Under the pieces are notes generated by a model that saw only the letters and a list, made by a program, of their open reading frames with translations, was not told the origin of the DNA and did no database searches. This document shows positions 50,786 to 60,203 of a stretch of 64,000 bases of DNA, piece after piece. The first letter of the stretch is position 1. The number at the start of each line of letters is the position of its first letter. The stretch is from Alphaproteobacteria bacterium (GTDB taxonomy: Bacteria > Pseudomonadota > Alphaproteobacteria > MPNO01): positions 4,847,546 through 4,911,545 of the forward strand of contig OY763326.1 in the NCBI GenBank assembly GCA_963667285.1, given 5' to 3'. The position numbers were made by a program, and so were the translations under genes.

Positions 50786-51907
50786 GTGAAGTTCTCATAC
50801 ACCCATCACATGCCCTACACCCATGTCGAGGAGGCGGGGCAGGACTGGCCGGTCCCCAACAAGCAGTTCGACCCGGAGAAGGGCGTCGCGCTCTATCGCG
50901 AGTACATCGACAACAAGGTCTTCGCCGAGGAGGTCGGGTTCGACTGGATCGGCTGCAACGAGCATCACATGAGCCCCTACGGCTTGATGCCCAACCCCAA
51001 TCTCACCGCCGCGGCCATCATCGAGCGCACGAGGACGGCCGGCATCCTGCAATCGGGCAATATCGTGCCGCTGACCAACCCGATCCGCATCGCCGAGGAA
51101 TACGCCATGCTCGACGTGCAGTCGGGCGGGCGGCTGATCGCCGGGTTCATGCGCGGGATCCCGCACGAATACGTCGCCTACAACGTCTCGCCGGACGACT
51201 CCTACCCCCGCATGCGCGAGGCCTGCGAGCTGATCGTCAAGTGCTGGACCGAGCCCGAGCCTTTCGGCTGGGAGGGCGAGCATTACCGCTACCGCGCGGT
51301 CTCGATCTGGCCGCGCCCGGTGCAGCAGCCGCATCCCAGACTCCTGATGTCCGGTTCCAGCCCGGACTCGGTGCGTCTCGCCGTCGCCTTCCGCGCGACC
51401 ATCGGGCTGCTTCGAATCACCGACTTCGAGAGCGCGCGCGAGATGCGGGACCTGTACACCGGCCTGGCCCGGGAAGACGGATGGGAACCGCAGCCCGAAC
51501 ACTTCATGGTCGGCATGCCGTGCTCCATCGCCGACACCGCGGAAGAGGCGATGGAAACCCTCAGGAACGGCACCAGGTATTTCCTCGGGGTGCTCGGCGG
51601 CGGAATCCGGACGGCGCAGCGTCTCGTCTTGCAGAAGACACGCTATTACCGCGAGGCGGCGCATCGCGAGCGGTTCCCCGGCCTCGCCACGCGTCGCGAG
51701 ACGCCGCTCGAAGAGTTGATGGAGAAGGGGCTGGTGCTGTGCGGGACCCCGGACATGGCGGTCGCCCAGATCAAGCGGGCCAAGGCGGAGCTCGGCCACG
51801 GGCTGATGAACCTCAACATCAAGATCGGCAACACCCCGCAATCGGCGGTGCTGCGAACCATGCGGGCGCTGCGCGACCATGTCTTCCCGGCGGTACGGGA
51901 TGTCTGA
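50786..51907 (+). CDS. Luciferase-like (LLM) flavin-dependent monooxygenase, paralog A
   Basis: GFDWIGCNEHH, PIRIAEEYAMLD, SGGRL, IWPRPVQQPHP, CGTPD. GTG start. Confidence 0.92.
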   Translation: MKFSYTHHMPYTHVEEAGQDWPVPNKQFDPEKGVALYREYIDNKVFAEEVGFDWIGCNEHHMSPYGLMPNPNLTAAAIIERTRTAGILQSGNIVPLTNPIRIAEEYAMLDVQSGGRLIAGFMRGIPHEYVAYNVSPDDSYPRMREACELIVKCWTEPEPFGWEGEHYRYRAVSIWPRPVQQPHPRLLMSGSSPDSVRLAVAFRATIGLLRITDFESAREMRDLYTGLAREDGWEPQPEHFMVGMPCSIADTAEEAMETLRNGTRYFLGVLGGGIRTAQRLVLQKTRYYREAAHRERFPGLATRRETPLEELMEKGLVLCGTPDMAVAQIKRAKAELGHGLMNLNIKIGNTPQSAVLRTMRALRDHVFPAVRDV

Positions 51908-52700
51908 AGCGGACGAGGCCGCGCCCTTCGAAAGGATGACCGCCCGGCTCTCGGCGGGCGAGATACCCTACCGGGTCGCGGGCGCCGGGCCGCCGGTGCT
52001 TTACCTCCACGCAGCGGGCGGCGCGCGGACCACGCCGGGGCTGGCGCTGCTTGCCCGCAACCGGCGCATCCACATGCCGATCATCCCGGGATTCGACGAT
52101 ACGCCCATCCTCCCATCCGTCTCCACGATGCGGGATATCGCGAGTCTCGGCGCGGAGTTCATCGAGACCGTCATCGGCGAGCCTGCGGATGTCATCGGGC
52201 AATCCTTCGGAGGCTGGGCCGCGCCATGGCTCGCGCTGGAGCATGCCGGTGCGGTCGGGTTGCTGGTACTCGAATGCCCGGCGGGTTTCCGGCCCAGGGG
52301 GCACCCGCCGCCGTCGCGGGACCCGGAGCTGAGATTGCGGCAGATGTTCGCCCATCCGGAGCGACGGCCGCCGGAGACCAGGTCGAACGAGACCCTGGCG
52401 CGGAACCGCGAGATGCTGCACCGCTATCACGGGGCGGAAACTCGCGACGACGCCTTGATCGACCGGCTCGGCGAGATCGAAGCGCTGACGCTGGTCCTGC
52501 TCGGCACCAAAGACGGGCGCATGCCGCGGGAATGCGTCCAATTGCTGAAAGACCGCCTGCCGCGCGCGTTCCTGATCTATGTCTACGATGCGGCGCACAG
52601 CATCGAAACCGATCAGCCCGAGCGGTTCGCCAACCTGGTCGGGGACTTCCTGCACCGGGGCGAGACGTTTCTCGTCAACCAGACGGCCCCCTGGCCGTAA
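51900..52700 (+). CDS. Alpha/beta hydrolase, partner of LLM-A
   Basis: GQSFGG, GTKDG, DAAH. Overlaps the LLM stop. Confidence 0.88.
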   Translation: MSEADEAAPFERMTARLSAGEIPYRVAGAGPPVLYLHAAGGARTTPGLALLARNRRIHMPIIPGFDDTPILPSVSTMRDIASLGAEFIETVIGEPADVIGQSFGGWAAPWLALEHAGAVGLLVLECPAGFRPRGHPPPSRDPELRLRQMFAHPERRPPETRSNETLARNREMLHRYHGAETRDDALIDRLGEIEALTLVLLGTKDGRMPRECVQLLKDRLPRAFLIYVYDAAHSIETDQPERFANLVGDFLHRGETFLVNQTAPWP

Positions 52701-52716
52701 CCGGCGGGGTTGAGTT

Positions 52717-53502
52717 TCAGGCCGCCCGGTCGTCGGTCCCCGGATTGACGAGGAACGCCTCGCCGCGGGTCAGGAAATCGCTGACCAGACCCGTGAAGTA
52801 TTCCGGCTGGTCCACTTCGATGGCGTGCGCCGCATCGTAGACATAGATCAGGAACGCACGAGGGATCAGGCGTTTCAGCAGCCGAGGACTCGAGATCGGA
52901 ATCGCGCCGTCCTTCGTGCCGTGCAGGATCAGCGTCAGCACCTCGATCTCGTTCAGCCGGTCGACCAGCGCATCGTCCTTCGCCTTGCCGCCGTGGTAAT
53001 GGGCGAGCATTTCCCGATTCCGGGTCACCATGGATTCGGGCTTGGTCTCGGGCGGCACCTTCTCGGGATGGGCGTAGAGCCGGCGCTGCAATTCCTCGGG
53101 GTCGGGGGACAGCCCGCCCACCCCCTCTTCCCGGAACCCGGCCGGGCATTCCAGTACCAGCTGGCCCACCTTTTGCGGGTGCAGGACCGTATACCAGGTC
53201 GCTCGCCAGCCGCCGAACGAATGGCCGATGACATCCGCGGTTTCGCCGATGACGGTATCGGCGAACTCCGCTTCGAGGCGGGCCAGCGCCTCCATCGACG
53301 CCACGCCGTCATGGGTCGCGGTGCCGTCGAAGCCCGGCGTCACCGGCGCATAGATCCGGAACGATTGCGCCAGGGCCTCGAGCGCCGCCGTCGCGCGAAA
53401 CCCGGATGCGGCATGCATGTGGATCACGGGCGGCCCGTCGCCGGCGACGTGATAGGCCAAGGGGCCGCTGGAAAGCGCTACGGTGTTTTCCTGAAACGAC
53501 AT
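52717..53502 (-). CDS. Alpha/beta hydrolase, paralog of 51900-52700
   Basis: GHSFGG, GTKDG, YVYDAAH. Start MSFQENT; the upstream ORF extension is MITE-derived. Confidence 0.88.
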   Translation of the reverse strand: MSFQENTVALSSGPLAYHVAGDGPPVIHMHAASGFRATAALEALAQSFRIYAPVTPGFDGTATHDGVASMEALARLEAEFADTVIGETADVIGHSFGGWRATWYTVLHPQKVGQLVLECPAGFREEGVGGLSPDPEELQRRLYAHPEKVPPETKPESMVTRNREMLAHYHGGKAKDDALVDRLNEIEVLTLILHGTKDGAIPISSPRLLKRLIPRAFLIYVYDAAHAIEVDQPEYFTGLVSDFLTRGEAFLVNPGTDDRAA

Positions 53503-53540
53503 GATCTGTCCCTTGCTTCCGCGCGACCGGCCGGATCCTA

Positions 53541-53806
53541 GCCCGCATTTCTCACCACTGTCACGGCCTGCGTCGCGCCCAGGCGTTCGATCCGCCAGGA
53601 GCGGGCCGAAAAGCGTAGCGGGGACTACGGTTAAGGCCCGCGACGCAGCGGGCGGACGCCTGGGCGCGACCCTTCGGGCGGCGCTGTCCGGCCGACAGGG
53701 TGCGTCGAGGCGCTTGCCCGATGTCCCCGCATCGCGCCGCGCGCCTCTCCTGCCCTGTCGGCCGGACAGCGCCGCGCAGGCCATGACAGTGGTGAGAAAT
53801 GCGGGC
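53541..53806 (-). mobile_element. MITE copy 3 (266 bp)
   Basis: TA on both sides (53539-40, 53807-8). TIR variants are complementary across the two arms. Confidence 0.85.
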
Positions 53807-54930
53807 TAGAGGTCGCGCACGGCCGGCGCGACATGCTCGCCCCACAGCGTCATGCTGCGGCGCACCGCGGCGTCGGAGATGTTGCCGATCTTCATGTTGA
53901 TGTTCATGACGCCGTGGCCGAGCTCGGCGTGCAGATGCCTGACCTGCTCGATCACCCGGTCGGGCGTGCCGCACAGCACCAGGCCCTTGTCGATGCGCTC
54001 CTCGATCGTGGTCTGGCGCAATGCCGCGAGCCTGGCGCCGAGGGTCTTGCGGTTGGCCTCGTCCTCGTAGAACCGCGTCTTCTGTATCACCAGCCGCTGC
54101 GCCGTCCGCGGGCCGCCGAACAGCACGTGGTAGAAGTAGTCGAGACCGCCGCCGAGATGGCGCCGTGCCGCCTCGTCGTCCTCCGCGACGCAGGTATGCG
54201 CGCCGACGAGAATGTCGTCGACCGCGGGTTCCCAGCCGTGCTCGCGGGCGGTTTCCCTGTAGATCCGGATGCAGTTCTTCGCAGCCTCGAGATCGGTCAG
54301 CATCACCATCCCCATCTTCGCGCGGTGGCGCGCGGCGAAGCGGGCCGATTCGGGGCTGCTCGCCGACATGAGGATCGGCGGATGGGGTTGCTGGATCGGA
54401 CGGGGCCAGATCGACACCGCGCGGTACTTGTAGTGCTTTCCCTCCCAGCCGAACGGCTCGGGCTCGGTCCAGGCCTTGAGGATCAGCTCGGACGCTTCCT
54501 CCAGCCGCTCCCAGGACTCGCTGGGCGCGATGTTGTAGGCGACGTATTCATGCGGGATCCCGCGCATGAAGCCCGCAATCAGCCGGCCGCCCGACATGAC
54601 ATCCAGCATGGCGTACTCCTCGGCGACCCGGATCGGATTGAGAAGCGGCACCAGATTGCCGAACATGGCGATGCGCGCGCGCCTGGTGCGCTGGATCAGC
54701 ACCGTCCCGATGAGGTTGCAATTGGACATCAAGCCGTATGGGCTGAAATGGTGCTCGTTGCAGCCGATCCAGTCGAAACCGCACTCCTCGGCGTACACCA
54801 TGGTGTCGATGTAGGTCTCGTAGAGCGCCGTCGCGCGGTCGGGCACGAACCTCTTGTTGGCGACCGGCCAGTCCTGGTCGGTCTCCTCGATGTCGGTCCA
54901 CGGCATCAGGTGGAAGTAGTTGAATTTCAT
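53806..54930 (-). CDS. LLM flavin-dependent monooxygenase, paralog B
   Basis: GFDWIGCNEHHFSPYG, RVAEEYAMLD, WPRPIQQPHP. Confidence 0.92.
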   Translation of the reverse strand: MKFNYFHLMPWTDIEETDQDWPVANKRFVPDRATALYETYIDTMVYAEECGFDWIGCNEHHFSPYGLMSNCNLIGTVLIQRTRRARIAMFGNLVPLLNPIRVAEEYAMLDVMSGGRLIAGFMRGIPHEYVAYNIAPSESWERLEEASELILKAWTEPEPFGWEGKHYKYRAVSIWPRPIQQPHPPILMSASSPESARFAARHRAKMGMVMLTDLEAAKNCIRIYRETAREHGWEPAVDDILVGAHTCVAEDDEAARRHLGGGLDYFYHVLFGGPRTAQRLVIQKTRFYEDEANRKTLGARLAALRQTTIEERIDKGLVLCGTPDRVIEQVRHLHAELGHGVMNINMKIGNISDAAVRRSMTLWGEHVAPAVRDL

Positions 54931-54972
54931 GCAGAAGCACCCTGGAGATCGCGGTCGGCGCGGAGCATTCGC

Positions 54973-56097
54973 CTACAGATTCCGGACCGCGGGAAAGACG
55001 GTTTCCTTGAGGTGGCGCATGGTCGTCGTCACCGCGGCGTCGGGCGTGTTGCCGATCTTGATATTGAGGTTCATGCGCCCATGGCCAAGCTCGGCCTTCA
55101 CGCGCCGCAGCTGGTCGATCACCATGTCGGGAGTGCCGCAGAGCAGCAACCCCTTCTCGATCCGCTCCTCGATGGGCACCTGTTTGACCTTGCTCGGTAG
55201 TCCGGGGAAATTCTGCCGCGACTCCTCGTGCTCGAAATAGCGGGTCTTCTGGATCACCAGTCGCTGGGCCGTCCGGATGCCGCCGCCGAGCACCTCGAAG
55301 AAATACTTCTGGCCGGCCTTCATGGTCTCGACCGCCTCGTCCTTCGTGCCGGCGATGCAGCATCCCATGCCGACCATGAAATGGTCGGGTCCGGGCTCCC
55401 AGCCATCGGACCTCGCGACTTCGCGGTAGACGTCCATCATCGCCCGCGCCTCGTCGAAGCTGGTCAGGCGCAGGACACCCATGGTCGCGCCCAGCTCGGC
55501 CGCGAGCGTGGCCGATTCCCGGCTCGTGCCCGACATCACCAGGGGTGGGTGGGGCTGCTGCACCGGGCGCGGCCAGATGGACACCGCGCGGAACCGATAA
55601 TGCTCGCCCTCCCAGCCGAAGGGTTCCGGCTCGGTCCAGCATTTGAGGATCAGCTCGCACGCCTCGCGCATGCGCGAATACGATTCGTCGGGAGCCACGT
55701 TGTAGGCGACGTATTCGTGCGGGATCCCGCGCATGAACCCGGCGACCAGCCGTCCGCCCGACTGGACGTCGAGCATGGCGTATTCCTCGGCGATGCGGAT
55801 GGGATTGGCCAGCGGCACGATGTTGCCCGACTGGAGGATGCCGGCCGTCCTCGTGCGCTCGATGACGGCGGCCGCGATCAGGTTGGGGTTGGGCATGAGC
55901 CCGTAGGGGCTCATGTGGTGCTCGTTGCATCCGATCCAGTCGAACCCGACCTCCTCCGCATACACCTTGTTGTCGATGTACTTGCGGTAGAGCTCGGCCC
56001 CGCGCTTCGGGTCGAACTGCTTGTTGGCGACCGGCCAGTCCTGCCCTGCCTCCTCCACATGGGTGTAGGGCATGTGGTGGGTGTAGGAGAACTTCAC
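54973..56097 (-). CDS. LLM flavin-dependent monooxygenase, paralog C (close paralog of A)
   Basis: Same motifs. First 30 residues are 29/30 identical to paralog A. GTG start. Confidence 0.92.
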   Translation of the reverse strand: MKFSYTHHMPYTHVEEAGQDWPVANKQFDPKRGAELYRKYIDNKVYAEEVGFDWIGCNEHHMSPYGLMPNPNLIAAAVIERTRTAGILQSGNIVPLANPIRIAEEYAMLDVQSGGRLVAGFMRGIPHEYVAYNVAPDESYSRMREACELILKCWTEPEPFGWEGEHYRFRAVSIWPRPVQQPHPPLVMSGTSRESATLAAELGATMGVLRLTSFDEARAMMDVYREVARSDGWEPGPDHFMVGMGCCIAGTKDEAVETMKAGQKYFFEVLGGGIRTAQRLVIQKTRYFEHEESRQNFPGLPSKVKQVPIEERIEKGLLLCGTPDMVIDQLRRVKAELGHGRMNLNIKIGNTPDAAVTTTMRHLKETVFPAVRNL

Positions 56098-56158
56098 GAG
56101 TCCTCGCCGGTCGGTGGCGACGGGCGGTGCGGCGCGGGCGCGCCGCCCGCTGGCCTCG

Positions 56159-57202
56159 CTATCTCAAGCCCATGATCTTGCCGTATTTCTTTCTCAGCCG
56201 GAGACCGTTCTCCTGGACATATTCCCGGGTCAGCCAGCCAATCTTCTTGCCGGCGGCAAGCTTGTTCAGGTCGTTCCCCTCGGTGGTGACGAAACCGGTG
56301 CCGTCGATTTCGTTGAGCGCCTGCTGGCCATCCGGGGTGGTAATCCAATAGGCCCAAAGCTTGGCGAGGTTGGGGCTCTTCGTGTCCGACATCAGATAGT
56401 ATGACCAGTTCGAAAGCGCGATGGGATCGATCGGCGCCATCTTGACCGGCGCGCCCTGGCGGATCTGCTTGAACGCGTCCGTCCCGATCGACAGCGCGAA
56501 CTCGCCGGTCAGGACCTTGCCGCGGACATCGGGGAACCGCGCCATCATCTTGGCCTGGCCCTTCGCCATGATCTCGGTCAGGAGCGCGGTGGCCTTCTCT
56601 TCACCGATCGCCGCGGCCAGATAGATCCACGGGCTCGGCGAGCGCGGCATCGCGATCCGGCCCTTCCACTTGGGATCGAGCAGGTCGTCCCAGCTCCGCG
56701 GCGCCTCGGAATCCTTCACCAGGTTGGTGTTGTAGGTAACGAAGCACAGGCTGACGTCGTGCGACTTGACCCCGTATTCGCTGGCCCGCAGCGAGGCCGG
56801 GATGCCGAGTTCCTTGACCCAGTCGACCTTCTGGACCGCCCCGGAACGTTCAAGGCGCACGCTGGTGCTGTAGGACGTCCAGAACACGTCGAAACCGGTG
56901 GGCACCCCCTTCTTGATGGCCAGCGCGACCTCGGCGGCCTTCTTGGTGTGGAAGCCTCCACCCATGTTGAGCTCGATCGGGAACCCGTAGAACGCGTTGA
57001 GCCGCTTGGAGAAGGCGCGGACCGCGCTGGGCTTCAGCGTGCGGCCGTACACCGTGATCTCGCCTTCCTTCTTGGCGCCTTCAACCAGGGCCTGCACGCC
57101 GGGCGGCAGATCGCGCGCCGTGGCCGGTACCGAGGTCAGGGTTGTCAGCGCCGCGGCGGCCAGGGCCAGCGCGCCCGCGTGTCGAATGCTCCTCCGCAAC
57201 AT
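56159..57202 (-). CDS. ABC substrate-binding protein (FbpA/AfuA-like fold)
   Basis: Signal peptide, GAKKEG, YNTNLV, PRSWDDLLDPKWKG, SPNLAKLW. Confidence 0.88.
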   Translation of the reverse strand: MLRRSIRHAGALALAAAALTTLTSVPATARDLPPGVQALVEGAKKEGEITVYGRTLKPSAVRAFSKRLNAFYGFPIELNMGGGFHTKKAAEVALAIKKGVPTGFDVFWTSYSTSVRLERSGAVQKVDWVKELGIPASLRASEYGVKSHDVSLCFVTYNTNLVKDSEAPRSWDDLLDPKWKGRIAMPRSPSPWIYLAAAIGEEKATALLTEIMAKGQAKMMARFPDVRGKVLTGEFALSIGTDAFKQIRQGAPVKMAPIDPIALSNWSYYLMSDTKSPNLAKLWAYWITTPDGQQALNEIDGTGFVTTEGNDLNKLAAGKKIGWLTREYVQENGLRLRKKYGKIMGLR

Positions 57203-57295
57203 GGCACGCCCCCTCTCGTTGTTTTCGGTTTGTCGGGTTCAATCCTAGGCAGCTTCCTTCGCGCCTGCCAAGCGTGCGCCGACGTCGTCGCCGAT

Positions 57296-59056
57296 TCACT
57301 CGGCGGGGCTGGGAATGGCGGTCCGGGCGCGCATCCGGCGGCCGCGCCTTCTGCGTCGTCTCGAGTAATCCACGCCGAACTCGCTCATCCCCGTCATCCT
57401 GTGCGCGAACACCGCGAGCACGGCGAGCAGGACGATCATGTAGATCGCGATCGCCCCGGCGGCGTTCTGGTCCCCGTTGGTCTGAAGGTCGAAGATCAGG
57501 GTCGAGATGGTGTGCGTCTTGCCCGCGCTCATGATCAGCGGCAGGGTCAGGTCGCGCGCCGCCAGCATGCCGGACATCAGGGCTGCGTAGAACAGCGCCG
57601 GCGCCATGATGGGCAGGAAGACCCGGCGGAAGGCGACCAGCTGGGAAACGCCGGAAGCGCGGGCGGCCTCGTCGAGCTCGAACCGAATCTGCAGCGAAGA
57701 GGCGTTCATGGTGCGGGTGCAGTAGGCAAGCATCCGCGTGCCCATGGCGATGGCGATCAGCCAGATCGTCCCGTAGAGCGGAATCCAGTGATAGATCGAG
57801 ATGCCGAGGAACTGGAACGCGACACCCGCGACCATGGTGGGAACGGCGGGAGCCAGGAACACCAGCGCGTCGGACCACCGGGCGGCGGGGCTGCGGCTTC
57901 GGGTGACGACCCAGGAAATGCTGGTCGCCAGCACTATCGAAACCACGATGGCGCCGGCCATGATGATCAGCGTGTTGCGCAGCGGGCCCATCATGTAGTC
58001 GATGGCGTCGACAAAGCTGACGAGCGTCATCGTCGACATGGCGGCGATCGAGAACGCCTGGAGATAGGGCACCAGCGCCACCCACACCAGGGTGATCACC
58101 GGGACGACCACGGCGAGCAGCACCCAGAACCCGACATAGGCGCCGGCGACCCAGCGCCATTTTCCGAGCGGCTGCGGCGAGAACCTGCGTCCCTTGCCGC
58201 CCACCACGGCGTATCTGTCGGCCTGTCGCAGCATGCGGACATAGAACGCGATGGCGATGCCGCAGAGCAGAAACAGCATCATGCCGATCGCCCCGGCGAG
58301 CCCGAAATTGGGTAGCCCGATCATCGGATGCATGGCGTCGTAGATCCAGATGACCAGCACGTCCACGCCGCCGGGCAAGCCGATCAGCCCGACGATGTCG
58401 AAGATCTCGATCGAGATGACGAAGAAGAACAGCGCCGCCGCCACAACGCCGGGTGCGAGCAGCGGCAGGACGATGCGGCGGATCGTCCGTGCACGGGAGA
58501 CGCCGGAGACCCAGGCCGCCTCCTCCAGCGACGCATCCATGTTGCGGAACGCCGGCAACATCATGAAGACGCAGGCGGGCGTGAGCACCACGCCCTGGAG
58601 AAAACACACCCATGAGAGCTGGTAGATATCGAACGCCGCCGCCCCGTCGACACCGGTGGCGCCCAGCATCTTGTTCACCAGACCGGAGGTCGGATTGAAC
58701 AGCCAGACATAGGACATCGCCGTTATGAAGCCGGGAATGGCGAGCTTGGCGGTCAGCAGGGTGAACAGGGCGCCCTTCCACGGGAAGTCGGTCCGCGTGA
58801 TCAGCCAGGCGAACGGGAAGGAGAACGCCATCATGAAGACAATGCTGCCCAATCCGAGGACGATGGTGCGGACGAGCACGGGCAGGAGCTCGTCGTCGGC
58901 CAGCATGTCGGCATAGTTCGCCAGCGTGAACGTCCCGATATCGCCTTCGATGGAGAAGCTGCCGACGACGTTGCCGAGCAGGGAAACCACGATGAAGGCG
59001 AGGCCGAGAAAGGCCAGCCCGAACACCCAGGCGATGCCGGTCGGTCTAACCCGCAT
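57296..59056 (-). CDS. ABC permease, FbpB-like (duplicated domain)
   Basis: AWLITRTD, LEEAAWVSG, LDEAARASG. Confidence 0.9.
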   Translation of the reverse strand: MRVRPTGIAWVFGLAFLGLAFIVVSLLGNVVGSFSIEGDIGTFTLANYADMLADDELLPVLVRTIVLGLGSIVFMMAFSFPFAWLITRTDFPWKGALFTLLTAKLAIPGFITAMSYVWLFNPTSGLVNKMLGATGVDGAAAFDIYQLSWVCFLQGVVLTPACVFMMLPAFRNMDASLEEAAWVSGVSRARTIRRIVLPLLAPGVVAAALFFFVISIEIFDIVGLIGLPGGVDVLVIWIYDAMHPMIGLPNFGLAGAIGMMLFLLCGIAIAFYVRMLRQADRYAVVGGKGRRFSPQPLGKWRWVAGAYVGFWVLLAVVVPVITLVWVALVPYLQAFSIAAMSTMTLVSFVDAIDYMMGPLRNTLIIMAGAIVVSIVLATSISWVVTRSRSPAARWSDALVFLAPAVPTMVAGVAFQFLGISIYHWIPLYGTIWLIAIAMGTRMLAYCTRTMNASSLQIRFELDEAARASGVSQLVAFRRVFLPIMAPALFYAALMSGMLAARDLTLPLIMSAGKTHTISTLIFDLQTNGDQNAAGAIAIYMIVLLAVLAVFAHRMTGMSEFGVDYSRRRRRRGRRMRARTAIPSPAE

Positions 59057-60203
59057 TCCCGGCCCCGGTCAGGGATTCCCCGGCGTCGTATGCCTCGCCG
59101 CCGCCGGCCGCCGGCGCCACGACCGAGCAATGTTCGGGCGGCATGTGGAGGAAGATCTTCCGGCCTTCGCCGAGTTCGACGCTGTGGTGCAGCTTGACGC
59201 GGAGCTTCACGGAACCCATCGACACCGTGTAGACCATCGCCTCTCCGACGAACTGACGCGTGGTCACCTCGCATTCGATGGTGTTGCCGGCGGCCGCATC
59301 CCGATCCGCCAGCCGCATGTCCTCCGGCCGTATGCCGAAAAAGCAGCGTGCGCCCGCCGACAGTCGCTTCTCCCGCGGGGCCAGCGCGCGGACACGCCCG
59401 ATCGCGCTGTCCAACGTGGCGAATCCGTCCGTGACATCGACCAGGTCCGCGGGCACCAGGCTCATCTCCCCGATGAACCGTGCGACGAACTCGTCGGCGG
59501 GGTGACGATAGATTTCCCGCGGGGTGCCGATCTGGACCATGCGGCCGCGATCCATCACCGCGATCCGGTCGCCCGTTTCCATCGCCTCGGCCTGGTTGTG
59601 CGTGACGTAGACCGTGGTCAGGCCGAGTCGGTGCATGAGTTCCTTGAGCTGCGCCCGAAGCCGGAGCTGGAGCTTGAAGTCGAGGTTCGACAGCGGTTCG
59701 TCCATCAGCAGCACATCGGGCTGCAGCGCAAGCGCCCGGGCCAGCGCGACTCGCTGCTGCTGGCCGCCCGACAACGTGGTCACCGGCCGGTCGGAGAGGC
59801 TGGAAAGCGCGAGCAGGTCGAGAACGTCAAGGACTCTGGCGCGCTGTTCTTCCTTCGGCAGCCGCCGCACCCCTTCGCGCAGGGGAAAGGCCACGTTCTC
59901 GTACACATCCATATGCGGCCATACGGCATAGGACTGGAAGACCATGGCGATGGGCCGGCGCTCGGGCGGGACGTGGCGCCGTTCGGAGGCGGAGACCACG
60001 GTCTCGCCGTCGATCTCGATGGTTCCGCGGTCCGGCCTTTCGAGGCCCGCGATCGAGCGCAGCATGGTGGTCTTGCCGCAGCCGCTGGGACCGAGCAGCA
60101 CAAAGAATTCGCCCCTGGCGACCTCGAAATCCACACCGTCCAGGGCGCGCACCTCGGAGTCGCTCAGCCGGAACGTCTTCTTGAGGCCCCGGACAGTCAG
60201 CAT
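59046..60203 (-). CDS. ABC ATP-binding protein (FbpC/PotA-like with TOBE)
   Basis: GPSGCGKT, LSGGQQQR, DEPLSNLD. Confidence 0.94.
   Translation of the reverse strand: MLTVRGLKKTFRLSDSEVRALDGVDFEVARGEFFVLLGPSGCGKTTMLRSIAGLERPDRGTIEIDGETVVSASERRHVPPERRPIAMVFQSYAVWPHMDVYENVAFPLREGVRRLPKEEQRARVLDVLDLLALSSLSDRPVTTLSGGQQQRVALARALALQPDVLLMDEPLSNLDFKLQLRLRAQLKELMHRLGLTTVYVTHNQAEAMETGDRIAVMDRGRMVQIGTPREIYRHPADEFVARFIGEMSLVPADLVDVTDGFATLDSAIGRVRALAPREKRLSAGARCFFGIRPEDMRLADRDAAAGNTIECEVTTRQFVGEAMVYTVSMGSVKLRVKLHHSVELGEGRKIFLHMPPEHCSVVAPAAGGGEAYDAGESLTGAGNAG

Noticed and set aside
50786-56097. Bioluminescence luxAB
   Set aside because: No luxCDE or luxG, and the context is catabolic.
42195-60203. Iron uptake function for the two FbpABC-like transporters
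   Set aside because: Fold similarity only. No iron-related neighbours and no Fur-like box seen, so an organic substrate is more plausible.
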